A stretch of 32,359 nt of DNA, from positions 1 to 32,359 of the forward strand of contig JBGPGQ010000002.1 in NCBI GenBank assembly GCA_041483995.1, read 5' to 3'. Below the pieces are notes generated by a model, which was not told the DNA's origin, did not search any database, and saw nothing but the letters and a program-made list of their open reading frames with translations. Numbering within the stretch: position 1 is the first letter of the stretch; every line of letters starts with the position of its first letter. The DNA is from Bacteroidota bacterium. GTDB taxonomy: Bacteria; Bacteroidota; Ignavibacteria; UBA10030; UBA6906. The position numbers and the translations under genes are program-made. Of the stretch, positions 9,176 to 18,707 are shown one piece after another.

Positions 9176-11202
9176 TTCGATCCAATCTTTCGCAGCAAGT
9201 CGCGCGCTGGTTTGAATTTCGGATTGATGGCGAGGACCTGTTGGAGCGGTGTTACGGCAAGCTCCGGCTTTCCCGCGCGCGTGAGTGCAAGCGCGTAAAA
9301 GAATCCGGCATCAGACCGCTCATCGACGCCTTCACTCAGAGCAAATGCCTGTGCGAGATATGGAACTGCCTCTGCCGGGTTACCGGAATTCAACTCGATA
9401 CCCCCAAGTGCGCGGGAGGCAAATGCCGAGCGCTCGATTTTCAACGACTCAAGTAATACGCGTCGCGCATCGTCGATTCTTGATTGTTGTATGTAGAGAT
9501 GCGACAGTCTGAAGTACGAAGAGACGTTTAAGGGTACCTGGTTCATCACCGCTTGATATTCCTTTTCCGCTTTTTCCAGATCGCCACGTCTCTCGTAGTG
9601 CTCCGCTGCGGCAACATGGCCTTGTTCCCAGGTTAGTCTGGCATCCACTACTTGTTCAACGATCCGGCCAAGGGTATCGCCTTCGGGTATAGCATGTTGA
9701 TGGGAAGATTGTGGCTTGAATGGCCATCCCGAAGTGAGGATGTCGATTCGTCGTTGGGCGTATCGTTCGTCAAGTTCGGTCATCGGTTGATGTTGCCAGA
9801 GCGTAGCGTCGCTTATAGTATCACGCGATTGCCATTCCTCAGTCGATGCAAGAAACTGATGCTCACGCATCGCGCGCGCGTACTCCTTTGCGATCGTAAA
9901 ATATCCGCGTGCGTTTGGGTGGAGATGTTCAAGTATAAGATCATTCCCGATAGTGGAATCAGGCGCTTCGTGCATGAACGCTGCCTCCATATCGACTGCA
10001 ACGGTTCGATCGTTGTTGTTCATCCCAAGTATTGCCGTGTTGAAATCACTGCTTGCACGAAACCTCAGCTTGTCGTAGTCTCGTGCTGCGATGTACTCTC
10101 TGCGTGCATTGGTTTCTTGACCTAGTGAACCCAGACATCGTGCAATTTGGTAGTGTACATCGGCGCGCAGTGAATCAATTGCAGCCGATTTGTAAAACTG
10201 CTCAAGAGCGGAGTCCGGATGTCCCTCCATCCAGAGAGTGAGTCCTGCATTGAAGGCCGTATTGAACGTTGAGAGCCGGTCAAGCGTGATCGTTGAGTTT
10301 TCCTCGGAAACGAATGGAGGTTGATCCCTGACGTTTGATACCTGGGAAGTAAGAATCAGAGAAATATTGTGTGAGCTGCAGATTTCGGTCAGTTCCAGCA
10401 TATTAGCTTTGAATATTTTCAGCGCGTTTTGATAGGTTGTGCTTGCGTATGGAATGTATTGTCCACGGGCAAGCCGTTCCATCATTGTGCCACCCTCTTC
10501 AGGCGTTGATGCCGGCTTGAAAAAACCGGCGACAGTGGTGAAGGTGTTTCTCAGCAGTATGAATGCCTTGATGTGAATGAGTCGCAGGTATGCCAGCGTA
10601 AGCCAGCGTGAGCCACCGAGAGATTCATGCGAGGCAATGCCAAGCGCGCCGTAAAATTCGTTGTGACCGTCATACACTATGAAGAGATCCGGCTGCAGAT
10701 CAACGACCTCACGGGCGATATCGAGAACCGTGAAACTGTTGGTGGCAGTCATTCCCAGATTAATGATCTCGATATTCTTTTCGGGAAATATGGCATGGAG
10801 CCGGTCGCGCAGAAATGTGGAAAAAGATCCGACGTAGCTGTAAGGGAAGCCGACTGTTGTTGATCCTCCAAGGCAGAAAATGCGGTACGTACCCGGAGGT
10901 TTCGGATTCAGAAAATAATCCGGCGATGTGTTCGGACTGAAGGCCACTCTCGAGAAATAGCGATGTTTCACGTCATGGTTCATAATGGAATATGTTCGTC
11001 CACCAATCATTTCGGTGGTGAACAATGAAATGTCCGGTCCGTAATGAAATAGTCGAAGAGCTAGTTCAAGGAGGGCGAGCAAAAGAAATGGGAACGCAAT
11101 AACGAATGTGAAAAAGAGCATGCGTTTGCGAGATGAGATCGGAGGTGGTTCTCGGCGTATTGCACTTTGTGAGCGCAATTTGAAAGGCGGTCTGTGACTC
11201 AC
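9172..11202 (-). CDS. Membrane-anchored SGNH/GDSL-like hydrolase domain protein with C-terminal TPR repeats (paralog 2, function unknown)
   Basis: Same architecture as 7124-9175: TM helix FFTFVIAFPFLLLALLELAL; blocks IFCLGGSTTVG, NLGMTATNS, VYDGHNEFYG, LEHLHPNARGY; C-terminal TPR-like repeats. Its stop overlaps the start of the downstream paralog (ATGA at 9172-9175). Confidence 0.7.
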   Translation of the reverse strand: MSHRPPFKLRSQSAIRREPPPISSRKRMLFFTFVIAFPFLLLALLELALRLFHYGPDISLFTTEMIGGRTYSIMNHDVKHRYFSRVAFSPNTSPDYFLNPKPPGTYRIFCLGGSTTVGFPYSYVGSFSTFLRDRLHAIFPEKNIEIINLGMTATNSFTVLDIAREVVDLQPDLFIVYDGHNEFYGALGIASHESLGGSRWLTLAYLRLIHIKAFILLRNTFTTVAGFFKPASTPEEGGTMMERLARGQYIPYASTTYQNALKIFKANMLELTEICSSHNISLILTSQVSNVRDQPPFVSEENSTITLDRLSTFNTAFNAGLTLWMEGHPDSALEQFYKSAAIDSLRADVHYQIARCLGSLGQETNARREYIAARDYDKLRFRASSDFNTAILGMNNNDRTVAVDMEAAFMHEAPDSTIGNDLILEHLHPNARGYFTIAKEYARAMREHQFLASTEEWQSRDTISDATLWQHQPMTELDERYAQRRIDILTSGWPFKPQSSHQHAIPEGDTLGRIVEQVVDARLTWEQGHVAAAEHYERRGDLEKAEKEYQAVMNQVPLNVSSYFRLSHLYIQQSRIDDARRVLLESLKIERSAFASRALGGIELNSGNPAEAVPYLAQAFALSEGVDERSDAGFFYALALTRAGKPELAVTPLQQVLAINPKFKPARDLLRKIGSK

Positions 11203-11269
11203 TTTGGATTTGGAACTCAGTATCGCTCTCGTGAAGAGGTGCGTTGCCCGGAAAATTCAGATCGATCTA

Positions 11270-11308
11270 CTTCCACGTCAACTTCCATCACTTCCATCGT
11301 CTCTTCCA
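11270..11308 (+). repeat. Four direct copies of CTTCCA (starts 11270, 11282, 11291, 11303) in the divergent intergenic region upstream of the glucan operon
   Basis: The sequence reads CTTCCAcgtcaaCTTCCAtcaCTTCCAtcgtctCTTCCA, with spacings of 12, 9 and 12 nt. It lies about 180-210 nt upstream of the GH13 start. Any regulatory role is speculative. Confidence 0.3.
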
Positions 11309-11471
11309 TTACGCGGGTGTCAAAATAATATACAACGTTTGATTAAGAATTCAAACGATGTCTTGTCCCGATGCGAACGACACGCCGTTGAGAGCGTTGC
11401 ATTTCCCTGCTCTTTTCTTTATGTTTAAGCATATACGTGCCGACATCTGCAGCACCTGACTCACTTATCGA

Positions 11472-12980
11472 TTGTTATTCATCATGCTGAGGCTTGTCAA
11501 CGTTGAACGCTTCCCGAACCCTCGGTTCAAATACTATGCAACGCTTGCGTTGCTTATGGCGTTCGCCACAATATCCTTCGCGCAACAAGAGTCCTTTGTG
11601 CCTCGCTGGGTAAAGGACGCCGTCTTCTACCAGATCTTTCCTGAACGCTTCGCAAACGGTGACTCAAGTAATGACCCGCCCGGCACCGAGCCGTGGGGTG
11701 GTGTACCAAAGCCCAGGAATTATTTTGGCGGAGATCTTCAGGGCATCATCGATCATCTTGATTATATTTCCTCTCTTGGCGTGAACGCCCTCTACCTGAA
11801 CCCCATCTTCGAGTCAAACAGTAACCATAAGTACACAGCGACTGATTATATGAAGATCGACCCGCATTTCGGTGACGAGCGGACTTTCAAAACCCTTGTC
11901 GATGAATGCCATAGAAGGGGGATCAGAATAATCCTTGATGGTGTATTCAATCATACAGGCGTTGACTTCTTTGCGTTCAAAGACATCAAAGAGAAGGAAG
12001 CGAAATCCAAGTACATCGGCTGGTATAACGTTAAGAGTTTTCCGGTGGGACCAACAAGCAAGCCTAACTATGAATGTTGGTGGGGATATGGCGATCTGCC
12101 TAAATTGATGACGCAAAATCCTGAGGTGCGTCAATATCTGTTTGAAGTGACCCGGCATTGGATGAGTTTCGGGATTGATGGCTGGCGACTGGATGTGCCC
12201 AATGAAATACCCCATGATTTCTGGGTTGAGTGGCGTAGGTTGGTGAAGTCCATCAATCCGGATGCATACGTCGTTGGGGAACTCTGGAATGATGCTTCTC
12301 TCTGGCTGAAGGGTGACCAATTTGATGGAGTGATGAATTACAGGTTCCGAACGGCCAGCCTGGATTTTTTTCTGAATGGCAAGTTGTCAGCGATGCAGTT
12401 TGACAGCGCTCTCGCCAAACAGCGGTCGGACTATCCTGCCGAAGTGAATTATGTATTGCAAAATCTTCTCGGCAGTCACGATACGGAACGATTACTGACG
12501 CTCTGCAATGGCAATACTGAAGCAATGATGCTTGCCTGGTTATTTCAAATGACGTACGTTGGTGCACCGATGGTGTACTACGGAGATGAAATCGGCATGA
12601 TGGGCGGCAAAGATCCGGGCTGCCGAGGCACAATGGTATGGGAAGAGAAAAAGCAGGACACACAATTACTCGATTGCATAAAGGGGCTCATCAACCTTCG
12701 CAGGGACCATCAGATGTTCAGGTGGGGAACGTATGAGACCCTGATTGCTGATACCAACGTCTACGCATTTCTCCGAAGGGATAAAACCGGTTCGGGCGTT
12801 GTCGTTCTCAACAACAGTAAGAAATCGCAGACAGTAACCGTCCCACTACGCGGGCAAGACACACCAACGAAGTGGCGGCAGGTTTGGCCCCGTAGAAATG
12901 ATGGCGTGAAGGAAGAGAGTAATCTTCATACAATAATTATTCCGGCAAAGTCTGGATCGGTTTTCATAGGAGGGAAGTGA
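11472..12980 (+). CDS. GH13 alpha-amylase-family enzyme (neopullulanase/cyclomaltodextrinase-like) with a signal peptide. The likely true start is the ATG at 11484.
   Basis: FYQIFPERFANGD. GH13 regions I IILDGVFNHTG, II GWRLDVPNEIP, III YVVGELWND, IV LLGSHDTER. N-terminal ALLMAFATISFAQQ. The track start at 11472 is TTG. Confidence 0.85.
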   Translation: MLFIMLRLVNVERFPNPRFKYYATLALLMAFATISFAQQESFVPRWVKDAVFYQIFPERFANGDSSNDPPGTEPWGGVPKPRNYFGGDLQGIIDHLDYISSLGVNALYLNPIFESNSNHKYTATDYMKIDPHFGDERTFKTLVDECHRRGIRIILDGVFNHTGVDFFAFKDIKEKEAKSKYIGWYNVKSFPVGPTSKPNYECWWGYGDLPKLMTQNPEVRQYLFEVTRHWMSFGIDGWRLDVPNEIPHDFWVEWRRLVKSINPDAYVVGELWNDASLWLKGDQFDGVMNYRFRTASLDFFLNGKLSAMQFDSALAKQRSDYPAEVNYVLQNLLGSHDTERLLTLCNGNTEAMMLAWLFQMTYVGAPMVYYGDEIGMMGGKDPGCRGTMVWEEKKQDTQLLDCIKGLINLRRDHQMFRWGTYETLIADTNVYAFLRRDKTGSGVVVLNNSKKSQTVTVPLRGQDTPTKWRQVWPRRNDGVKEESNLHTIIIPAKSGSVFIGGK

Positions 12981-12981
12981 G

Positions 12982-15900
12982 ATGAGAAGAGAGAGTTCAA
13001 TGTTTCGGAATTTGGCGATGCTGGCTTTGGTAACTGTCGGGACGGTTGTCTATGCTCAGGACAGCGTTGATGTAACGTTTCGCTGGAACGTGACTGGGCA
13101 TTCGGCGTATGCGGTGCCGGGAGAATTCAATACTTGGAACAGTGCTGCCTGGCCTATGTCGTATCAGGGTGGCACGCTTTGGATTCGGAATGCTCGTTTG
13201 CGAGTTGGCGGGCAACCCGGAGGAACGGTTCCCGGAGCCTATCAATACAAGTTCTTCTACACCGGCGCGGCGCCCTGGCCCAACGATCCGCTCAACCATC
13301 ATGTGAACGCTCTTGATAACGATAACTCTTTCATTATTCTCAAAGACCCGACACTCTATCAGATCCTCCCAAACCAACGGACAGGAATAGTCTTGACCGG
13401 GACGCCTACAGTAACTGCATACATCTTTCCCAAAGTCGGTGCTGCAGTCGATACATCAACACTTCAAATAATAATTGACGGGACAATATACGCAGGCATC
13501 GGTACACACTACGTTGCTTCAACCAAACAGTTGAGCTATACAATTCCATCTCCGCTTTCCAATGGAAGCCATACGATGATCCTGAGAGCGGGGACCAATC
13601 TGGGCGGATCGAATTCCGATACGGTAACGTTCCTATCACAAGCGGGATATGTTCAAATAACGACGCAGGGAGGTTTCCCGACGCGCAATCCAACGCGCTT
13701 GCTTCGAGGCATCGTGCAGAATCTTTCAGTCACATCGGCCCGCATAGTCAGGAATAATACTGACACCACCGTTGTTTCGGTGGCAAGCGGGAATTACTCA
13801 GCCACTGTCAACTTGGTCGAGGGATTGAACTCATTCATAGCTCTTGCCGATTCAAACGGCACTCTGATCTCATCTTCATCAACAACGTTTACATATCTTG
13901 TGAACCACGGTCCCACCGCGCAGATCACGTATCTGGATCTCAGCAGTACGATTCAACTACAGGCAACGGGCAGCACTGACCCTGATTCTGGCCAAACACA
14001 AACATTGACATTTCAATGGTCCGAAGATCCGAACAACCCTGCCCCAATTGGCGGCATCAACAGCGCAACGACTCCAACAGTTACAGTGAGCCGACCGGCA
14101 ACACCGGGTGAATACTACTTCGGGCTTATCGCCACAGATACACAGGGAAACAGAGACACTACGCGGAATTATTTTATTTTACGTTCAACTCCTCCGATTC
14201 TATTGCCTGCATTGGCATCAGTTCCACAATGGGTAAGAGAGGGAAGGCTGTACGAGATGTTTTTCAAATCGCACACGCCGCAAGGGACAATCAATGCCGC
14301 GTATCCCGATCTGAATCGCATCGCTGCGATGGGATACAACATTATCTGGCTTATGCCTGTGATGCATAACCGGTTCCCGATTAACAACGGGGGTGGGCCT
14401 GGCTATGATATCATGGATTTCTACACCGTCGAACCTCTGTATGGAACCAACCAGGATCTGCGGAACTTCATTGCCCGTGCCCATCAACTCGGCCTCAAAG
14501 TCATCCTCGATATTACTCCGAACCATAGCAGTGCCGGTCATCCTTTTGTCTTGGATGCGAGAACATTCGGCCAGGACTCGCGGTATTGGCCCTACTACGA
14601 ACATCAGTTCATTCCATATAGCGGCATCGGGCTTGGTCAACTTTCTGAGGCAATAACACCTGACGGTTTTGTGTACTATGGTGCATTCAGTGAGGAAATC
14701 CTGAATATGAACTATGCAGATCTCGATCTCCGCCAGGAAATGTTGAACGTGCACAAGTACTGGATTCAAGATGCCGGTGCTGACGGTTTTCGTCTTGATG
14801 TGTATTGGGGTCCGCACATCAGAGCGAATAGTCCAAACGGTGGAGAGAATGAATTCGGTCGTCCACTGCGTCAATTGTTGAAGCACATCAAGCCCGACAT
14901 ATATCTACTGGGTGAAGCAACAGGCGTTGGTCCAGGTACCGAGCGCATCTATGCAGATAACTCGGATTTCCGCGGGCCGGGTGGTGTTGAATCGGCGTAT
15001 GATTGGCCGCTCAATGGCTTCAATCATGATGGAACATTGTGGACGCAGACTGCAACATCACGTGTCAATGGACTTGATCAGAAACTGCGTAATGGCAGTT
15101 CAAATTCGGGGATGGGATTCCTTCCTGGACCAAACTCATACCCCATGCGTTTTATGGAAAATCATGATGAGGATCGAATTATATATCTCTTCGGTCGTAG
15201 CGGAGTTGATCCGGACTCGATAGCGCGCCAGCGTACAATGGCGTACTCAACGGCGGTGCTGCTTGCGGTAGGAATGCCTGAAGTATATTCCGGTCAGGAG
15301 GTTGGATGGGGACTAGGGGTCAACGACTTCGATCAAAGAAGACGCGGTGTGATTAACTGGAACGGCTCGCAAGCACAGATCCTTATGCCGCATTACCAGA
15401 AGCTGGCCCAGATACGAAAACAGTATCCCGCATTCACTTCTCAGCAAATGATTAGAGTAAATACGGACTTTGGCGGTGTGTATGCATATACGCGACCGTA
15501 TTCGGGACAGAATGGGATAGTGGTGGCGAATCTTGAAGGGATCGCTCATACAGCAACGGTGATACTTACTGCAGGTGGCGCTCCTCCAAGTGTCGAAGGG
15601 ATATCGGACGGTGTTCCGTATATCGCAAGTGATCTCTATAGCGCAACTTCCACTAACATCACGTTCAGCGGAGGCGTTGCCAATTTGGTCGTGAATCTCC
15701 CGGCGTATGGAATGGCTGTGTATGTGATCGACGTTGTACAACGGACAGTAGTGCTGCCTCCACTGACCAGCGTTGGAAACAACGAGCCAGATGTTCCGAA
15801 GGAATTGGCTCTGGCTCAAAATTATCCGAATCCATTTAATCCAACAACGGCGATTCGAACGACAATTCCAGCCAATGGTGGGGCACATGTAACGTTACGG

Positions 15901-16083
15901 ATATTTGATATTCTTGGTAAGGAAGTTGAGACACTTGTTGATCAACAGATGAACGCCGGGACGTACACAATGACTTGGGATGGGCACAATGCAAGTGGTG
16001 GACAAGCAGGAAGCGGAGTATACTTCTACCGATTGCAAACAGACGGACAGACAATTACAAAGAGGATGCTCCTTCTGAGGTAA
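12982..16083 (+). CDS. Large cell-surface/secreted GH13 alpha-amylase-family enzyme with an N-terminal CBM48/E-set-like module, Ig/PKD-like modules and a T9SS type-A CTD
   Basis: Signal peptide MFRNLAMLALVTVGTVVYAQ. N-terminal VDVTFRW...GEFNTWN...YQYKFFY. PKD-like NHGPTAQI...LTFQWSEDP...YYFGLIATDTQGN. GH13 regions I VILDITPNHSS, II GFRLDVYWG, III YLLGEATG, IV FMENHDEDR. CTD NYPNPFNPTTAI...GVYFYRLQTDGQTITKRMLLLR. Starts 1 nt after the upstream stop. Confidence 0.85.
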   Translation: MRRESSMFRNLAMLALVTVGTVVYAQDSVDVTFRWNVTGHSAYAVPGEFNTWNSAAWPMSYQGGTLWIRNARLRVGGQPGGTVPGAYQYKFFYTGAAPWPNDPLNHHVNALDNDNSFIILKDPTLYQILPNQRTGIVLTGTPTVTAYIFPKVGAAVDTSTLQIIIDGTIYAGIGTHYVASTKQLSYTIPSPLSNGSHTMILRAGTNLGGSNSDTVTFLSQAGYVQITTQGGFPTRNPTRLLRGIVQNLSVTSARIVRNNTDTTVVSVASGNYSATVNLVEGLNSFIALADSNGTLISSSSTTFTYLVNHGPTAQITYLDLSSTIQLQATGSTDPDSGQTQTLTFQWSEDPNNPAPIGGINSATTPTVTVSRPATPGEYYFGLIATDTQGNRDTTRNYFILRSTPPILLPALASVPQWVREGRLYEMFFKSHTPQGTINAAYPDLNRIAAMGYNIIWLMPVMHNRFPINNGGGPGYDIMDFYTVEPLYGTNQDLRNFIARAHQLGLKVILDITPNHSSAGHPFVLDARTFGQDSRYWPYYEHQFIPYSGIGLGQLSEAITPDGFVYYGAFSEEILNMNYADLDLRQEMLNVHKYWIQDAGADGFRLDVYWGPHIRANSPNGGENEFGRPLRQLLKHIKPDIYLLGEATGVGPGTERIYADNSDFRGPGGVESAYDWPLNGFNHDGTLWTQTATSRVNGLDQKLRNGSSNSGMGFLPGPNSYPMRFMENHDEDRIIYLFGRSGVDPDSIARQRTMAYSTAVLLAVGMPEVYSGQEVGWGLGVNDFDQRRRGVINWNGSQAQILMPHYQKLAQIRKQYPAFTSQQMIRVNTDFGGVYAYTRPYSGQNGIVVANLEGIAHTATVILTAGGAPPSVEGISDGVPYIASDLYSATSTNITFSGGVANLVVNLPAYGMAVYVIDVVQRTVVLPPLTSVGNNEPDVPKELALAQNYPNPFNPTTAIRTTIPANGGAHVTLRIFDILGKEVETLVDQQMNAGTYTMTWDGHNASGGQAGSGVYFYRLQTDGQTITKRMLLLR
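15814..16080 (+). other. T9SS type-A C-terminal sorting domain
   Basis: AQNYPNPFNPTTAIRTTIPANGGAHVTLRIFDILGKEVETLVDQQMNAGTYTMTWDGHNASGGQAGSGVYFYRLQTDGQTITKRMLLLR. Confidence 0.8.
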
Positions 16084-18707
16084 TGAGACGACACCAATTC
16101 CTTGCGTCCTTATTTCTAACTTGCTGGGCAATCGACGTTGTTCACAGCCAGCCTCAAATGGTGAACGGGAATGTGAAGTTCACCTACATGAACAAGTCTG
16201 CCGTCTCAGTTTCATTGGTTGGTGATTTCAATGGGTGGTCAAAAGACGATGCCCTCATGAAAAATGATGGAGGCGGTCTCTGGGCATTCGAGAAAAAGCT
16301 AAAGCCTGGGATTTATCAATATGATTTCCTGGTGGACGGGAAAAAGTATGAGAACGACCCTGCCAATGCGGCCAACGTTGAGAACTACAATAATTCCGGG
16401 AGGAATTCTGTTTTTGTCCTGACGGAAGAGAACGAAATTCTTCTCACCAGCAAGCCTCCCCAACTCAAACCCAATGTGCATGACGAATACCCGGCGAGAC
16501 CGGGAACCAAAGCCGTTTATCTCGACATCATTTGGCACCAACATCAACCTCTCTATGTCAATCCTGAGACTGATCAACTCTCAGGTCCGTGGGTTCGTAC
16601 ACACGCGACCAAGGACTACTATGATATGGCCGCGACACTACGCGGCTATCCCAATATCCATTGCAACATCAACCTTACATCATCGCTGCTTCACCAGTTA
16701 CTGGAATATTATGTGAAGCGGCTGAAACCGTTCGTTGATACAAAAAAGAACAGCGTCAACACAAAGGGATTTTGGAAGAAGTGGAAAGGGAAGACCGATC
16801 CCTGGATCGACCTCGCGCTCAAGCCTACGAAGGATTTCAATCAAACGGACAAAAGCTTTCTTTACAGAAATCAATGGAATGCCTTTGGCATCAGCGAAGT
16901 GATGATCGAACGATTTCCCGAATATCTTGCCCTGAAAAAGAGACTCGAGCTGAATGAGAGACCGGGTTCCGATATCTTTACCGAGCAGCAGATGCGGGAA
17001 ATAAAGTTCTGGTTCTTTCTTGCGTATTTCGATCCGGACTTCCTGAAAGGTCCGGTCAGGCTGCCCGATGGCTCTGTTTGCGATCTGAGCGATTATATTG
17101 AGTCCAGAAGTGATGGGAAATTCTATCTCAAGAAATCAATCACGGAAACAGACTGCAACCGCATTGTTGCTGAAGCAAGCAAGGTAATGGCGAACGTCGT
17201 TCCCATCCACAAACAACTTCGGTTCGATGCAGAACGTCGGAATGGTCAGATTGAAGTCATTACCACACCATACTATCATCCCATCCTTCCACTCATTTAC
17301 GATTCCGATCTTGCAAAAATCTGCCAGCCGGACGATCAGTTGCCTTCGCGGTTCTCATATCCCAAGGACGCTGATGCCCAGGTTGCGAAAGCGGTGAAAA
17401 TGTACCGTGAGATCTTTGGCGCGAACCCATCCGGTATGTGGCCTGGAGAGGGATCGGTTGCACAGCCGGTGTTGAGTGTCCTGAGCAATCACGGCATCGT
17501 CTGGACGGCAAGTGATGTGAAAGCCTTGCAACATTCCAAACCAGGTGACCGAACCAACACATCTCCGTTCAGCTTTCCGGCGGGAGATAAACATCGTATG
17601 ACGTTGGTCTTTCGCAACACGGAACTTTCCGACAGAATTGGTTTCAAGTACCAGACCTATCGCGGCGAAGAAGCCGCTGAGGATTTTGTGAGAAGCCTAC
17701 TCTCGTATGCGCCAAAACAAAACGAAGACGACGTTCTGATCACAGTAATTCTGGATGGTGAGAATGCATGGGAGTGGTACCGTCAGGATATTGATGGAAA
17801 GGATTTTCTTAACGCACTCTACCGTAAGTTGAGCAAGCTATATGCTGCCAAGCAGATTATCACGACGACAATGAGCGAGTATATAACGGGGAACTCCGCC
17901 CGTTCCATCCAGCCACATCCAACCTCAAGCCAACCACAGATGGAATGGCTATGGCCGGGCTCGTGGATCAATGGAAACTATGATACATGGATCGGCGAAC
18001 CTGAAGAGAACAGGGCATGGGAGTACCTGCTACGTACGCGGCAGGATTTGGAAAAATCCGGCCTGAAGCAGCCGGACGCCAATCTCGCGGTTCCCAAACA
18101 AGGGACGAAAGCATGGAATGTGTATATGGCTTGGGAGGCGATGTACGCGGCGGAAGGCTCTGACTGGTTCTGGTGGTTTGGGAATGATCAAACCGCACCT
18201 GCCGGCGATAAGCCCTTCGATGATGCCTTCCGGATTCATCTCAACAATGTGTACAAGTTTGCAACCATGGCTGGCTCGAAAATCTCATCGCCAGGTTTTG
18301 ACGCCATAATCAATCCGGCAGAAACGGGAGGCCAAGGGGCAATGGCACACAGCAAAAGTGAAATGGAACCAGTTGTTTTCGTCTGCGACGCGACAAAAGA
18401 AAAAGTAGTGACAGCGATCTTCATCGTTGGTAACTTGAAAGAATTGGGCGAGTGGACTCCCAATTGGGTGCAAATGTACGACGACGGCACGCATGGAGAT
18501 GTGAAAGTGGGCGATGGATTGTGGTCACTGGCCGTGAATATTCCCGTCGGAACGCAACTCCAGTACAAATATACGAACAGTGGCAAGAAGGGTGAGTGGG
18601 TGCCGGGCGAAGAGTTCTCGCAACGAAACAGATCGTATCTTGTTGCGGGTTCAAAGAATTCATCCGCAGAGGGACATGTCACCATCAAGGATACATTCGG
18701 GCAATAA
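16083..18707 (+). CDS. GH57-family alpha-glucan-active enzyme (amylase/amylopullulanase-type) with a signal peptide, an N-terminal CBM48-like module and a C-terminal CBM20-like module
   Basis: The start was chosen at the ATG overlapping the upstream stop (TAATG at 16081-16085), giving MRRHQFLASLFLTCWAIDVVHSQ. CBM48-like VKFTY...VSLVGDFNGWS...YQYDFLVDG. GH57 regions WHQHQP, GQIEVITTPYYHPILP, MWPGEGSV, ILDGENAWEWY, AEGSDWFWWFG. CBM20-like FIVGNLKELGEWTPN...LWSLAVNIPVGTQLQYKYTN. Confidence 0.85.
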   Translation: MRRHQFLASLFLTCWAIDVVHSQPQMVNGNVKFTYMNKSAVSVSLVGDFNGWSKDDALMKNDGGGLWAFEKKLKPGIYQYDFLVDGKKYENDPANAANVENYNNSGRNSVFVLTEENEILLTSKPPQLKPNVHDEYPARPGTKAVYLDIIWHQHQPLYVNPETDQLSGPWVRTHATKDYYDMAATLRGYPNIHCNINLTSSLLHQLLEYYVKRLKPFVDTKKNSVNTKGFWKKWKGKTDPWIDLALKPTKDFNQTDKSFLYRNQWNAFGISEVMIERFPEYLALKKRLELNERPGSDIFTEQQMREIKFWFFLAYFDPDFLKGPVRLPDGSVCDLSDYIESRSDGKFYLKKSITETDCNRIVAEASKVMANVVPIHKQLRFDAERRNGQIEVITTPYYHPILPLIYDSDLAKICQPDDQLPSRFSYPKDADAQVAKAVKMYREIFGANPSGMWPGEGSVAQPVLSVLSNHGIVWTASDVKALQHSKPGDRTNTSPFSFPAGDKHRMTLVFRNTELSDRIGFKYQTYRGEEAAEDFVRSLLSYAPKQNEDDVLITVILDGENAWEWYRQDIDGKDFLNALYRKLSKLYAAKQIITTTMSEYITGNSARSIQPHPTSSQPQMEWLWPGSWINGNYDTWIGEPEENRAWEYLLRTRQDLEKSGLKQPDANLAVPKQGTKAWNVYMAWEAMYAAEGSDWFWWFGNDQTAPAGDKPFDDAFRIHLNNVYKFATMAGSKISSPGFDAIINPAETGGQGAMAHSKSEMEPVVFVCDATKEKVVTAIFIVGNLKELGEWTPNWVQMYDDGTHGDVKVGDGLWSLAVNIPVGTQLQYKYTNSGKKGEWVPGEEFSQRNRSYLVAGSKNSSAEGHVTIKDTFGQ

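Noticed and set aside
11204-11428. 74-aa ORF in the divergent intergenic region.
   Set aside because: It starts at a non-ATG codon with no RBS, and its Pro/Ser/Leu-rich translation is driven by the CTTCCA repeats. It is more likely non-coding promoter DNA.
6760-16080. Possible DNA-level repeat between the two type-A T9SS CTD-coding segments (6760-7005 and 15814-16080).
   Set aside because: The similarity is mainly at protein level (NYPNPFNP..., GVYFYRL...). The nucleotide sequences differ at many positions, consistent with ordinary domain homology rather than a recent repeat.
15975-16082. N-terminal extension of the GH57 ORF given by the ORF track (start 15975), and the analogous extension of the GlgE-like ORF (18596-18706).
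   Set aside because: Both extensions overlap the 3' end of the preceding gene in another frame and encode no signal-like or conserved sequence. ATG codons overlapping the upstream stops (TAATG) give a proper signal peptide (GH57) or a sensible N-terminus.
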